A stretch of DNA of 51,899 bases, counting the filler, from Basidioascus undulatus (Eukaryota), in assembly GCA_000826855.1 (NCBI GenBank). It is 3 parts of 3 records of this genome, joined end to end, with 100 filler letters (N's around TTAATTAATTAA, not from the genome) between each part and the next. Parts side by side here need not be neighbours in the genome. Positions count along the whole stretch, not along the records: positions 1 to 20,031 come from JTLS01000619.1; 2 more parts are not named here. One strand, written 5' to 3'. This document shows, in pieces, positions 1 through 11,699 of this stretch (its first letter is position 1; every line of letters begins with the position of its first letter). The translations under genes and the position numbers were made by a program. Below the pieces are notes generated by a model. It worked only from the letters and a program-made list of their open reading frames with translations, had not been told where the DNA came from and searched no databases.

Positions 1-834
1 GGGGGGGGGGGGGCGAAAGGCGGGTGCGGAACCGGATGAGGAACGAGAAACGGCGCGCACAAGTGCTGGAGTTGTTGCCTCGATCGTGAGCGCAGTTGCC
101 GTCTGATAAACTTTGTGATCTAATTGTCAGAGTTGGAACAAAATAGGATCAAGGGTGATACATCGGCTGCGGCCACCACAGCCGGCCACTACGGCGCAAC
201 GGCAAAAACAATAGCGAAGATGCTACGGCCAAGGCAGTTTGGGGGAAAGATTCTTAGTCTACGTATCCTCGATGTACGAACATCACTCAGAGCCAAGACG
301 GAAAGGCACTTGGCAGTCAAGCGTTGTCGAGCTGGACGCGAAGGTGTGTCCTCGTGTACCGAGGACCGTTCAGCAGGACTGCTCTTTCAGGTCACTGAGC
401 CAGTCACCAAATGAAAAGACTTCGCGTGGAATGGTAATGATAGGTTCATCCCGGCCATCCACATGTAAGCCGGCTTCGGCTTGGGGAACAGCCCAATTTG
501 CTCGACGATGCCGCACAGCTTTGGAAACTTCAAGTCGTTCCGACGGACTCCCAATTTTGTATTAGACCTCCATGTTTTTATTGTTTAAGAATTGACCATT
601 ACCGTTGCTTACTCTTCTTTCAAGCGGTAGAAAGGTTACCGTGTGGCATCAGCAACGCCGCTGCGTCCGTCATCCCAGTCCGTCGATCCGTTCCGTCGTT
701 CCTCAGCTGTGCCAGCTCACCTCCTCCGCCCTGCACCCCGACCCCGACCACTTATAGCCCATTGCCATCCTCCTATTTATTTCCCTCAATCGAGTACTCC
801 TTCACTCGCACACCTCCTACCCACTCTAAGAATC

Positions 835-1953
835 ATGCCCGCCCCAATCCTTCTCGACATCATCGCCAACATCGCAAAGTGCTTCCTCTCGCACCCCCTG
901 GACTTTGGAATGGATCGAGCCGCCCAGGATACCCTCTTCGCTCTCAGTCTGGTTTCGCGCGACGTGAGGAGGGTGACCCTTCTCCATCTCTACGGCTTGC
1001 TGTCGCCTCCTTCGATCACTGCGTTCATCGCTCTCGCACCTCACCTCAACCCAATTCATGTCCTCGATCTCAATTTGTGGAGTTTCAAGGATGAGGGACT
1101 GGTCACGGACAGGGACTTAGAGGTCACTACAGCTTTCCTTCAGGCTGCCGTCCTTGCGCCGTCTCGCCATCCGCATTGCCCGTTTCATGCAATTCCAGGG
1201 CTGGGTACTAGGCAAAGCGCCGAAAGCCGGACATCTCCTCGCAGTTATGGTCCAGCTCCCTCTGAAGGACTTGGCGACCACAGGAGGGGACGAGAGTTTG
1301 AAATCTTCTGCTGCGTGGGTATCTTGACACCTCTTGCAGACGGTCCATCTGCAACCCAACTTCGCAACATCTGTCTTCTCGACGTCTCACCCGACCCAGA
1401 GTTCTACAACTCTGTCACAAGCCTCATAGCCCTTCGCAATATGGTCATCGTGACATCCTACCCCCTCGAAGTAGCATCGTTGTGTCAGGCATTGAAGGGA
1501 TCTGCCGGTGCTGAAGAAAGTGTTGCTCATTTTGTACGATCTCGAAGATCCCGGCGCTGCGACAAACAGACTCAAGGACGCGATGGTTCACAAAAGGTGG
1601 AGATCGCAGTTTTCCGGGCCCCGAAAGTGTCCAGGGCGCGGCTGAGGGAGTGGATGAGGGGCAGGCTGCTCGATGGGACGTTGTGGGAGATGAAGCGTGA
1701 ACCAGGCGGCGAGTTTCTGGGGCGTTGCAGCGATCGGCCTTCATGTCACTCGTCTCTTGGAAATGCCATCATGTCATTGACAGTTTGCATGCGAGGAAAT
1801 GTCGGATTGGCTGGCGGGTTGCCGATGGGCCTGAGTGCAACGAGATCGTTCCAGCTCTCGGATATTTGCGCGCCGTCCCACAAGGTCCGGCAGCTGACAA
1901 CTCCAACAACGAAACCACATTTTGATCTTAATTGGAATGCGCACTGCACATAA
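835..1953 (+). pseudogene. Orphan F-box-like/LRR-like family gene, probably frameshifted; paralog of 40735-41636
   Basis: ATG at 835 gives MPAPILLDIIANIA...DTLFALSLVSRDVRRVTLLHLY and a C-terminal LLDGTLWE. Motifs matching the paralog (LRRLAI near 1155, LPVLKKVLLILYD near 1502) lie in a different frame from the long ORF. The family assignment is inference. Confidence 0.5.
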
Positions 1954-2591
1954 CTCTTCAAACCCAGCGGCTTTCCTGCGAAATTGTTCTGTTATCACCC
2001 TCCGGGTGTGTTTCAATGCAGAAAGGCGAGGTTAGCTAGGTTGACCTGACACTGTACCGTCTGAATGCCTGGTAGCTAGAAACGACGGCTGTACATTATA
2101 CCTGGTCCTTCTTCAGCCGAAAGCATGGAGGGTTAGGAAAGAAAATATTTTTGAAACACTGAACACCTCGCTTCTCGAATCTGCAAGCGGGATAGGGAGT
2201 AGTGGGGCCCATGTTTGGAGGCGGGTGGCCCGTTCGAGCATTACTCCAATTTTCAGAAGGCCGCTCAACCACTACATCGGGCCTCGGGTCAGAAGAGCGT
2301 CTTTGGTTCTATAAAATTGATATCCTTTCATATTTTCTCAGAGATCCAAATACAAAGTGAACAAAATCGAAGTCAGTGCATGTGAAGAGTGCCAAGTGTC
2401 CTGTCAGCGAATCCCCGCAGCGAGATTGAGCAGGCGAAGCAGAATAAAAATCAAGTTTTGCCCGGCCGAAGTGCCGGCTGTGAGTCGGAACGAGAAGACC
2501 GACGACGTCTTCTCTCCTCTGGACTCTCGCGTGCTAGCCTTCCTTCTCTCCATCCTCCATCCCGCCCTCGTCCTCCTCACCGACGCACGCG

Positions 2592-5227
2592 ATGCTCCGT
2601 ACCCTCCGCAGCGCGCGCGCTCCCTGGGCACCGGCGGCGTCCAAGCGGTCGCTGTCGACCAGCTCCGTTGTGGCCAAGGAGCCCCTCAACAAGTACAGCA
2701 GGATCATCACCCAGCCCAAGAGCCAGGGCGCCAGCCAGGTGCGCAATAATTCGGGAAATAATCTCACAGAATGTGCGGCCCGCTGATGTTCTATCGGTGG
2801 CGGTTGCGCGGCGTGGGCGCGATAGGCCATGCTGTTTGCGACGGAGGGCGTGAATGAGGATGCGGACTTCCAGAAGGCCATGGTCGGTGTCGCGAGCATT
2901 TGGTGAGTCAACCCTTGTTTCGGAGTGCTTAATTTGGGAAAATGGAGCGCGAAGGGGTGTTGTGGCATGCTGTGATGGGTGAACGTTAGAGCGTACCCCG
3001 AACGAGCTTCGACACAGGCCATCCCACCCTCACCGATCCCGAGATCTTGTTCTTAACACGTCACTGACACCCCTTCTTGACTTGCTTAGGTATGAGGGTA
3101 ACCCGTAAGCCAGTGTGGTCTACTCCTCGTCCGCCCTCACCTCACCACACCTCACCATCTTCTCCCTCCAGCTGCAACGCCCACCTCCTCGGTCTCGGCC
3201 AGCGCATCAAGAAGTCCGTTGCGGACGCCGGTCTCATTGGATACCAGTTCGGTGCTCCTGGTGTGTCGGACGGCATCAGCATGGGGACGTTCGGGATGTC
3301 GTACTCGCTGCAGTCGCGGGACCTGATCGCGGACGCGGTCGAGACCGTCGCGGGCGGGCACTGGCTCGACGGCATGGTCGTCGTCCCCGGCTGCGACAAG
3401 AACATGCCCGGCACGCTCATGGCCCTCGGCCGCCTCAACCGCCCCGGCCTCATGGTCTACGGCGGCACGATCCGCCCCGGCTCCTGCGGCGGCGAGACCC
3501 TCGACGTCGTCAGCGCCTTCCAGGCTTACGGCCGCTACATCCAGGAGGGCGAGACAGAGGCGGCGGAGAAGACCCGCTACGACACCATCCGCCACGCGTG
3601 CCCTGGCCCCGGTGCCTGTGGTGGCATGTGCGTTGCCGCTCCTCTCGCTTCCCCATTGTCGCGTCGACATGCTGAACACTGGGATCTCACAGGTACACTG
3701 CCAACACCATGGCCTCTGCGTCCGAGGCGCTCGGCATGACCCTCCCTGGCTCTTCCTCCTTCCCCGCGGAGTACGAGGAGAAGAAGGCAGAGGCGGACTC
3801 GGTTGGTGCGGTCATGCGCAACCTGCTGGAGAAGGACATCAAGCCGCGCGACATTATGACCCGTGCTGCGTTCGAGAACGCCATCGTGCGTTTGATTTCT
3901 CCCACCTGCCTCCAAGCACTTCTCTGATGTTTGTTCTACCTACCCTGGCAGGTCCTGACCATGATCCTCGGCGGCTCGACCAACGCCGTGCTCCACCTGA
4001 TCGCGATCGCGCACTCCGTCGGGATCAAGCTCGAGCTCGAGGACTTCCAGAAGGTCTCTGACCGCGTGCCGTTCATCGCGGACCTCAAACCCTCGGGCAA
4101 GTACGTCATGGAGGACGTGCACAAGATCGGCGGTATCCCCAGTACGCACTCTCCACTCCCCCCCCCCCNCAGTACCCACTCACCACCCCCCCCCCCCCTC
4201 ATCACGCATACTGACTCTTTTGTGGGCTTGTGTGCGAAGACATCCTCGGCTACCTCATCAAGAACAACCTCGTCGACGGCAACATCCTTACTGTTACCGG
4301 CAAGACGATGGGCGAGAACATCGACCGATGGCAGCACAAGTACGGCGCGATGCCCGAGGGCCAGGACATCATCCGCCCGCTCGACAAGCCCATCAAGTCG
4401 ACTGGCCACCTCCGGTTCGCCTAGTCTCCTTTTCCTCTCACCACTCGCTTTTCCTCTCCCGCTGATGCTGCATTCCGTCCCCCGCAGCATCCTTCGCGGC
4501 AACCTCGCCCCTGGCGGCGCGGTCTCCAAGATCACCGGCAAGGAGGGTCTCCAGTTCACGGGCAAGGCGGCTGTGTTCGACGGCGAGGACGACTTTGTGA
4601 AGGCGGTCGAGCAGGGCCGGTTCAAGAAGGGCGAGAAGGCCGTCGCCATCCTCCGCTACCTCGGCCCTAAGGGCGGTCCCGGTGCGTGGTGCTCTCTTAT
4701 GCCACTCCACGAGATTTTTGCGCTGACGCTGTGGAATAACGCACAGGTATGCCGGAGATGCTCAAGCCTACGTCGCTCATCATGGGCGCCGGCCTCGGTA
4801 AGGACGTCGCGTGTGTGACGGACGGTCGCTTCTCTGGCGGTTCTCACGGTGTACGTCCTCTAACTCCCCCAAGCATCTCTTTTCTCCTTACACTCGACTG
4901 ACACCCCGTTGCGCAGTTCGTCATCGGCCACGTCGTCCCCGAGGCGTACGAGGGCGGGCCTATCGCGCTCGTCCGCGACGGCGACATCGTCTCGATCGAC
5001 GCGGAGAAGTGCACAATCGAGTTCAACGTCACGAACGAGGAGCTCGCGCGCCGGAAGAAGGACTGGAAGAAGCCGGAGATGCGTGTCAAGCAGGGCGTAC
5101 GTTCTCTCCATACCCTTGTCTTCCGTTGTTGAAACCAGGCTGAGACGCTTGTGGGGGGTTCCAGACGCTCGCGAAGTACATTCGTCTTGTGAGCGACGCC
5201 AGCCACGGTTGCGTTACGGACCTTTAG
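2592..5227 (+). CDS. ILV3: Dihydroxy-acid dehydratase, mitochondrial (multi-exon)
   Basis: Arg/Ser-rich presequence, then [100 protein letters not shown] and [10 protein letters not shown]. Introns are GT-AG, with a 15-nt micro-exon at 3090-3104. Confidence 0.97.
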
Positions 5228-5608
5228 AGAGGGGCGTGAGGGTCGCTCCGGATGCAGGAGATTTGCTTTCATTCGTTTGGAGAGGGAGATCAGTTTGCTT
5301 GTATTTGTATTTGAACAATTGCATGGCTTCTTGCAACGAGCCGCCTGTGTGCGAACTGCCTGTGTGCGTGTGCTGTCGGTGAGAAGACGGCCCCGCTTGC
5401 GCATGAGTGAACGTACCGGTTTCGCCAAACTGCTGCCGACATCGAAACTGCTGTGCTATGCAATCGTTTCGAGTAATGATCGTCCAGAGTAATGAAAGGT
5501 CCGAGTGGTAGACACTGCAAGCTGCTTGCAAGGCGCGCCTCCGCTGTTCGCTCTTGACCTCATCTTGCTTCGCGGCCATCGCGCTGCGCTTGTGCTTCTT
5601 CCACCGCA

Positions 5609-6490
5609 ATGGGCGTTACGGGGTGTGTATGACCATCAATGTACCTTTCCATCTTCTTATTCACACCAATTCTTCTCTTCAGGCTTGTCCGGTGGCTCTC
5701 AGCGCCGCCCACGACGGCACTCGACCTGATCGGCAAGCACGTCTGCCACAACTATGGCGTTTGTCCCCTTCTCCTCTCCTATCCATCCTATCCTCCTTCC
5801 TCACAACAGCCTCCCACAGGGCACCCCCCGCGGCAAATACACCGTCCACGTGCGCTCCTACCGGGAGCACCTCCCCTCCCCTCCATCCTCCGCCCCGTCT
5901 GCCGCCGCGCCGCCCAAGGTGCTCTACACCGTGCACTTCCCCGCCACGCTGGGCCAGCAAGACACGCTGCACGTGCTCGTCGAGGACCCCGCCGCGCAGC
6001 AGGCGCACGCGCGCCTCACGCTCGTCAGTGTCGCGGCGCGCGAGTTCGAACTCACCCTCGCTAAGACCCGACGGTGGGTCCCCAGACCGGGGGGCGTTGT
6101 GGTCGATGGAATTGAGTTGGCTGTTGGGCCGGATTGGGTCCTGAGGGCGGGGAACGTCATGCTGGGCCAGGGGAAGACCAGGGGGGTCGTCATTGAGGTG
6201 CGATCTCTCTCCTCCCACCAGCCCTGCTATGGCAAGGCAGCAGCTGATGCGGTGCACAGGCGGAGTATCTCCCCCTCCCGAACCTCCCGCCCTCGTCCCC
6301 GCTCCTCTCTGCGTTCCTCGCGTCCATCCTCCCCCAGCAGAGCGAGGGCCAGACGACGCTCGTGAGTATCTCGGACGCGCAGTGGGCCGGGATCGGCCTC
6401 GGCGAGGGCGGAGACTGGGTTGGCAGGGAGCGCGGAAGGAGGACGGCATTTGAGGTCATTGGGTTCTTGAAGGGAGAGGGGCTCATCTGA
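5609..6490 (+). CDS. MED20: Mediator complex subunit 20-like protein (multi-exon)
   Basis: Spliced MGVTG|LVRWLSAPP..., then WVLRAGNVMLGQGKTRGVVIE|AEY and C-terminal AFEVIGFLKGEGLI*. Recognised by resemblance to basidiomycete Med20. Confidence 0.72.
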
Positions 6491-6503
6491 GATTGGGGAC
6501 TCG

Positions 6504-6565
6504 GTGAGTCTCCCTGGTGGTGTCTTCCCGGGGATGTTCATGCTGACGGTGCGCGGGAGGGCTAG
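6504..6565 (+). other. Probable 3'UTR intron of MED20
   Basis: GTGAGT donor 13 nt after the stop, GCTGAC branch at 6542-6547 and TAG acceptor at 6563-6565. The 62-nt length is like other introns in this window. Confidence 0.6.
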
Positions 6566-6776
6566 CTGAGTCTGTGAGAAGACAGCGCGCCGGAGATGTG
6601 CGGCATCATATGTGGAATTGCGAGGGAAGATGGGAGGCGAGTGAGAAGGCGCAACGGCTCTCGTACGCTGCTGTCGCCGATTTCGGGGTGGGTGGGTCTT
6701 CGGCGTTTCCGCGTGCGCTGGAGAGTCGCCGTGTAACGTGGCGGTAATAGCCCTCATCGGAGCTGCCTTTCCTCAG

Positions 6777-7095
6777 GTGCGTAGCCTCCTTTTCCGCACA
6801 CCGAATGGCCGTGCAGCGCAGAGCCTCACCATCTCGTCTGCGCAGCCCGCGCCTCCCCAGCAGGCTCATGGGAGTGTTTCCCCATTGTCCGCATTCTATA
6901 CGCGGGCGAACCAGTCATGCAACCGATTCAACATCAGGCTTCGGATAGCTTGCGCAGTGGGGTGCTGGCTGCTGCTCATTCGTGAGTGGGGTGGCCCAAG
7001 GCTCCGTGCGGCGGTCCTTCGTTCGCGATCATTATCCCGTTTCCGCTTACTCCTCAATACTGAGGCCTTTTCTTATGTCCCTTTTGCACTTTCAG
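6777..7095 (+). ncRNA. Candidate structured RNA inside a putative intron, family unassigned
   Basis: CAG|GTGCGT donor and a pyrimidine-tract TTTCAG acceptor enclose several GC-rich stems and a UUCG-capped hairpin (6967-6996). Confidence 0.3.
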
Positions 7096-7741
7096 AAACA
7101 AATCCCGACCTGCACCCTCTGCCTGAGATGGTGCACACAGACACGGTTTCGAAACGGCATGCTATTGTACATCGACAGACGAACGACTTTCTGGGACTAA
7201 GGATCACGTTACATCTCATTACTCGCCATTCGCCCGGGCACCGTCACAATTTACCATTGTCAGGATGCGATGCGCAGTCGTCGGAAAGTAGTCCGAATCA
7301 GGAGGAAGGACCGCGCAGTCATTTGAAAGTCGCACCACTATCCACTTCTGCGTTTGGCTGATTCTTTATTATTTCTGTTCCAAAGGCCTGATTGTCCTGG
7401 TTTGCTGGACTGCAATGTGGTTGCATGAGAAACAATATGTGGCTGGCGAAGGAGGAACGCGCTGTTTTTCGGCGAAGGGCGCCGGTGCCTCCTCATTTCG
7501 AAATTTGGTTAGGATCGCGGCCCAGTCGTGATTGATGCCCCTCGCCTTCTTTGGAGCTCGTCCTCATCAGCTCCATTTCTAATCTCTGGTCGCTCAATCT
7601 GCACATCAGTCAAGAGCCAATTCTTTCTCCAGTAATTCACTGCACACAGTCCCAGTAGCGCGGGACACGACACACGTCTCGACCGACACCGGCGATCGAA
7701 CTCCGCCTTCGACCGCCACACCCTTTCCCCCCGCGGCCATC

Positions 7742-10591
7742 ATGTCGCAATCCTATTTCTCTCCCCCCCGCTCGGACTCGTTTGACGCGGCCGAGTGGAA
7801 GGAAGGCTCCGCGCCGGCTACTCCCGTGAAGGAGGAGTTTGCGCGCGAGCAGGAGCAGCGCGAGGGGTGGGGCGAGGAGGCGCAGCGGGTGTACGAGTCC
7901 ACGAGGGACAAGTGCGTGTTCATTGCTCACTTGATTAAAACATGGCGGAAGGCTGATGTTGCTGGGCATGCAGGCTTGTTTCGGCCATCTCGTCGACCAA
8001 GTCGCTCTTGACCGACCTCCAGTCGTTCAACGCCAGCTCCTGGACCGTCCACTACCCCTCTCTCCCCTCGTCTTCCTCCCCCGCCGAGGGCACCTCCCTC
8101 CCTTCCACACCGCCGCCCTCGTCATCCGAAAACCACCGCCGCTCGCTTCACCGCACGCTGACCGGCATCCCGGAGGACTCGCCCTCGCGCGCGTCGCCCG
8201 CCCGCCGGTTCACCTCGGTGCTCACTAAGGAGCCGGAGGGAGAGCAGGAGTCCGAGGAGGGCCGCCTCGTCTCGCCGGACGAGATGCACATTCTCCGCCT
8301 CGACCTCAAGCTTGGCGCTGGGCCAAGTCCCGGCGCGCTCGTGTCGAGCCTGGAGAAGACGAGCGTGGCGACGCTGCTGGGCGGCCGCATCACGTCGTCG
8401 ATCAAGCACCTCGACGCGCTCAACACGCGCATTCAGGACACGTCGTCTAAGGTGCTCGTCACGGGCGACCTCAACGCTGGCAAGTCGACGTTCGTCAACG
8501 CGCTCCTCCGCCGCACGGCGCTTCCCGCCGACCAGCTCCCGACCACGACGCTCTTCTGCGAGGTCCACGCCGCGGAGGACCACCCGCGCAAGATCGAGGA
8601 GGTCCACCTCGTCAAGGGCGAGCTGGCCGCGTACGACGCGACGAACGCCGAGACGTTCGAGATGTACAAGCTCGACGACCTCGAGAGCCTCTGCGAGGAG
8701 CACGAGACGAACCCGAAACCGCCCCTGCTCAAGGTCTACCTGCGCGACCCGCGCCCGGCGTCGTCTTCGCTCCTCTCCAACGGCACCGTCAACATCTCTC
8801 TCATCGACGCGCCCGGCCTCAACCTCGACACGCTGTCGACGACTGCGCTCTTCGCACGCCAGGAGGAGATCGACGTGATCGTGTTTGTCCTCTCGGCCGA
8901 GAACCGCCTCACGCTCTCCGCGAAGGAGTTCCTGCTCTCGGCGAGTCACGAGAAGGCGTGCGTCTTCTGCGTCGTCAACGGCTGGGACCGCATCTCGGAG
9001 CGCAACCGCCAGCGCTGCCGGCGCGGCGTGTTTGACCAGCTGCGCACCATCTCGCACGGCACGTGGGCCGACCGGGACGAGCTCGTGCACTTTGTTGACT
9101 CGGCCGACGCGCTCGCGAACCCGTCCGACATCGGCGACTTTGCCGTCCTCGAGTCCGCTCTCCGCAATTTTGTCCTCTTCAACCGCCAGAAGTCCAAGCT
9201 CGCGCCCGCCGCCCGCTTCCTCTCCCACCTCCTCTCCGACGTCGACCTCCTCGCGTCCTCCAACATCGCCGTGGCCGAGTCGGAGCGCGACGCGGCCCGC
9301 GCGGAGCTCGCGCGCGTGCGCCCCGTCCTCGAGGGCATGCGCAAGGGCCGCGAGGGGCTCGAGGACGGGCTGGAGCGCGTCGAGGACGGCGTTGTGGTGT
9401 CCGTTGAGCGCGACTCGCAGCGCACGCTCGACAGCGCCGTCGACCGCATCGGCCGCGGCGAGCTCGCTCTCACGCCCGAGGAGCTGGCCGCGCTCGACGA
9501 GTCCGAGCGCCACCTCTCCTTGCCCCCCTATCCGGGCATCTTTGGTCTCTACCCCTACGCCAAGGCCGTCAAGCACGCGCTCCTCCAGTCGCTCGACCTC
9601 GCCGTCAAGCTCTCCGAGTTGTCTGCGCGCGAGGCCACCGCGTCGGGTGTCAAGGAGGTGCAGGACATCGGGGAGAAGGCGCTCCCTGAGGGCTCACAGC
9701 CCGTCAAGCGCGTCTTCGTCAAGGACGCGATGTTCCGCCGCCGGTCGTCGGGCCTGAATGCGAGCGTTGCGAGCGGGCTTGGCCTTGGCCTCGCCCAGCG
9801 CGGTGACATCGCCGACGTCGGCGTGTTCGAGATCTTCGACACCACCCACCTCCTCATCTTCTCGCCGTCCGCGTGGGGGGTCGAGAAGGGCGAGGACGAC
9901 GACGAGAGCACGGGCCTCGGCGCGCTCAGCCTCGCCATCGGCGCGGTCACTATGGTCGGCGGCAAGACGGTCGGCGCGCGCGGGCTCATCGAGGGCGCGG
10001 TGCGCATCGGCGAGTTCTGCGCAGGCGAGCGCATGCGCAAGTGGGCGGCTCCTATCGTTGGCGTTCTTGGTGCGTTCCCCTCACTGTTTCTACGCCACTC
10101 GCATGCTCCTTTCTGACAGCACGGCGTTTCTCCCCCTTGTAGCCCTCGGTGCCGCGACCTACTTCATCCTCGAGCTGCCGCGCACCATCCCGCGCACGAT
10201 CGGGCGTTCGCTGCGCGCGCAGCTCCTGCTCGTACCCGTGCCGACCCCGTCCCCGAGCGCCGGCCTCACGCTCACCGCCCCCTCGTCGTCTTCCGCCTTG
10301 TCCGCGCCGGGAGCGGACGGCTTCTCGCGCGTGCACGCGGTGCGCATCAGTCGCGAGGTGCGCAAGGTCCTGCGCCTCGCGAGCTGGGACGCCAAGGAGC
10401 GCTTCCGCGCCGCGATGGAGGCGCACGCGGTCGAGGTGCGCAAGGCCGAGGAGGGCGAGACCCGCGCGGCCAAGGCCGTCGAATGGTTCGGCGGCGTGCA
10501 GGTTCGCACGATGGACGTCCGCCGCGAGGGCGGGCTGCTGGAGAAAGAGGAGCCCGCGCACCCTTCGGCCACGCCCGTCATGGCGCCGTAG
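7742..10591 (+). CDS. FZO1: Mitofusin, dynamin-like transmembrane GTPase
   Basis: KVLVTGDLNAGKSTFVNALL (G1), LIDAPGLN (G3), LFARQEEIDVIVFVLSAEN, coiled coils, two hydrophobic segments and ELPRTIPRTIGR...LRLASWD. Two introns, near 7913-7973 and 10070-10142. Confidence 0.95.
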
Positions 10592-11161
10592 ATTCCGATC
10601 GCCTTCCCCTGCCCGCTTTCCTCTCCACTTAGTATCTTTCCGTTTTCCTGCTCTCAATCGATCTGTCTAGCCTAGTCCCCTATGTTGCTTGTCTCGCATA
10701 CTCACTCTCCCCTCCCTCCCATCGTGCGCCGGTGCCGATGGGCAGTTACCCACGCTCCTTATGCCTTTCCTCCCCCCTTCGCGCTTCGTTCCATCACTTT
10801 GATACCTCGTGCAATGCCTCCCCACTTCTTTTTCCCTCGTAGCTTCGCGCTGTCTGCTCAGAACCCCCCGGCTCTTCGCTCGAGTTACACATAGTCATCG
10901 CCCTAGCTATGCCCCTCCTCTTGCTCTCCTGATGAAACGACCTTTGGAATGAACGCTTGTGAATGTCTTTTTCAAGCGACTTCAGGCTTGGGTGTAGTTT
11001 CTGGCAGTCAGCGGACGCATCTTGAAGGGACCACCAACCTTGCAGCGCCGGCGCTGATATCAACGTTGCGTCATTTACCGACGAACGTCCTCGCAGGAGC
11101 TGGTGCCTCCCGACAATGATACACGCTCTCTCCCATTGTCTATTCCTCATCTTCACCCACA

Positions 11162-11538
11162 ATGACAGGCCGCACAGGGCCTTCCGACGCCGCAGCGCAC
11201 CTCACAGGAAAGCTGCGGGACGACGACGAAGCGGGTACTGCGCCTCCTCGACCGGAGCACCCCGACCCGCGGACGGGCAACACCGGCAGGGACAGCGGCG
11301 AGGACCGCGATGATCGGCCTGCGCAGCACGAGCGGACGGCGCAGCCGGGCTTTGGAGGGGAGGCGCGGGCGACACCGCCTTTGGGCGCGAGCGCGGCGCC
11401 GGGACACCCGCACTGTGAGTCTGGAGGGTGCAGGGTGGCAGATAGGGGACGGACTGCACGGAATGCGGTGCTGAGACACTCGAGAGGACAGTGAAAGCTG
11501 CGATGGAGAATATTGAGAGAGGAATGAAGGAGCAATGA
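11162..11538 (+). CDS. Small hydrophilic hypothetical protein (about 100 aa, one intron)
   Basis: CACAATG context and GC-rich codons. GTGAGT donor at 11415 and CAG acceptor at 11489-11491 splice to ...GHPH|LKAAMENIERGMKEQ*. Confidence 0.6.
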
Positions 11539-11699
11539 AGTGTGGGATGTGGGGTCGAAGATATGGAAGGACGGGCGGGTGCTCCGAGAATGCCAGACGG
11601 TGGAGACGCGCATGGCTTGAATGACAGTCAATCCGCGCAAGCAATCATAGCAGGCCATGCATTGTTCAGCTGCCAGTATCATCAACCCTTGTCCATACT

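Noticed and set aside
2903..3089. TPP riboswitch in the ILV3 intron
   Set aside because: The conserved CUGAGA and ACCUGAU core motifs are not present.
4141..4200. Apparent 30-bp duplication of an ILV3 intron start
   Set aside because: It spans poly-C runs and an N, so it is most likely a mis-joined overlap.
6490..7700. Telomerase RNA, SRP RNA or tRNA identity for the structured interval
   Set aside because: No CUAACCCUAA-type template. GGCGGTAATAGCC resembles an SRP Alu start but no helix-8 motif follows. No cloverleaf with a T-loop.
8122..9576. 484-aa antisense ORF and other long overlapping ORFs in ILV3, FZO1 and GSH2
   Set aside because: Shadow ORFs expected from high GC3 codon usage, with no recognisable motifs.
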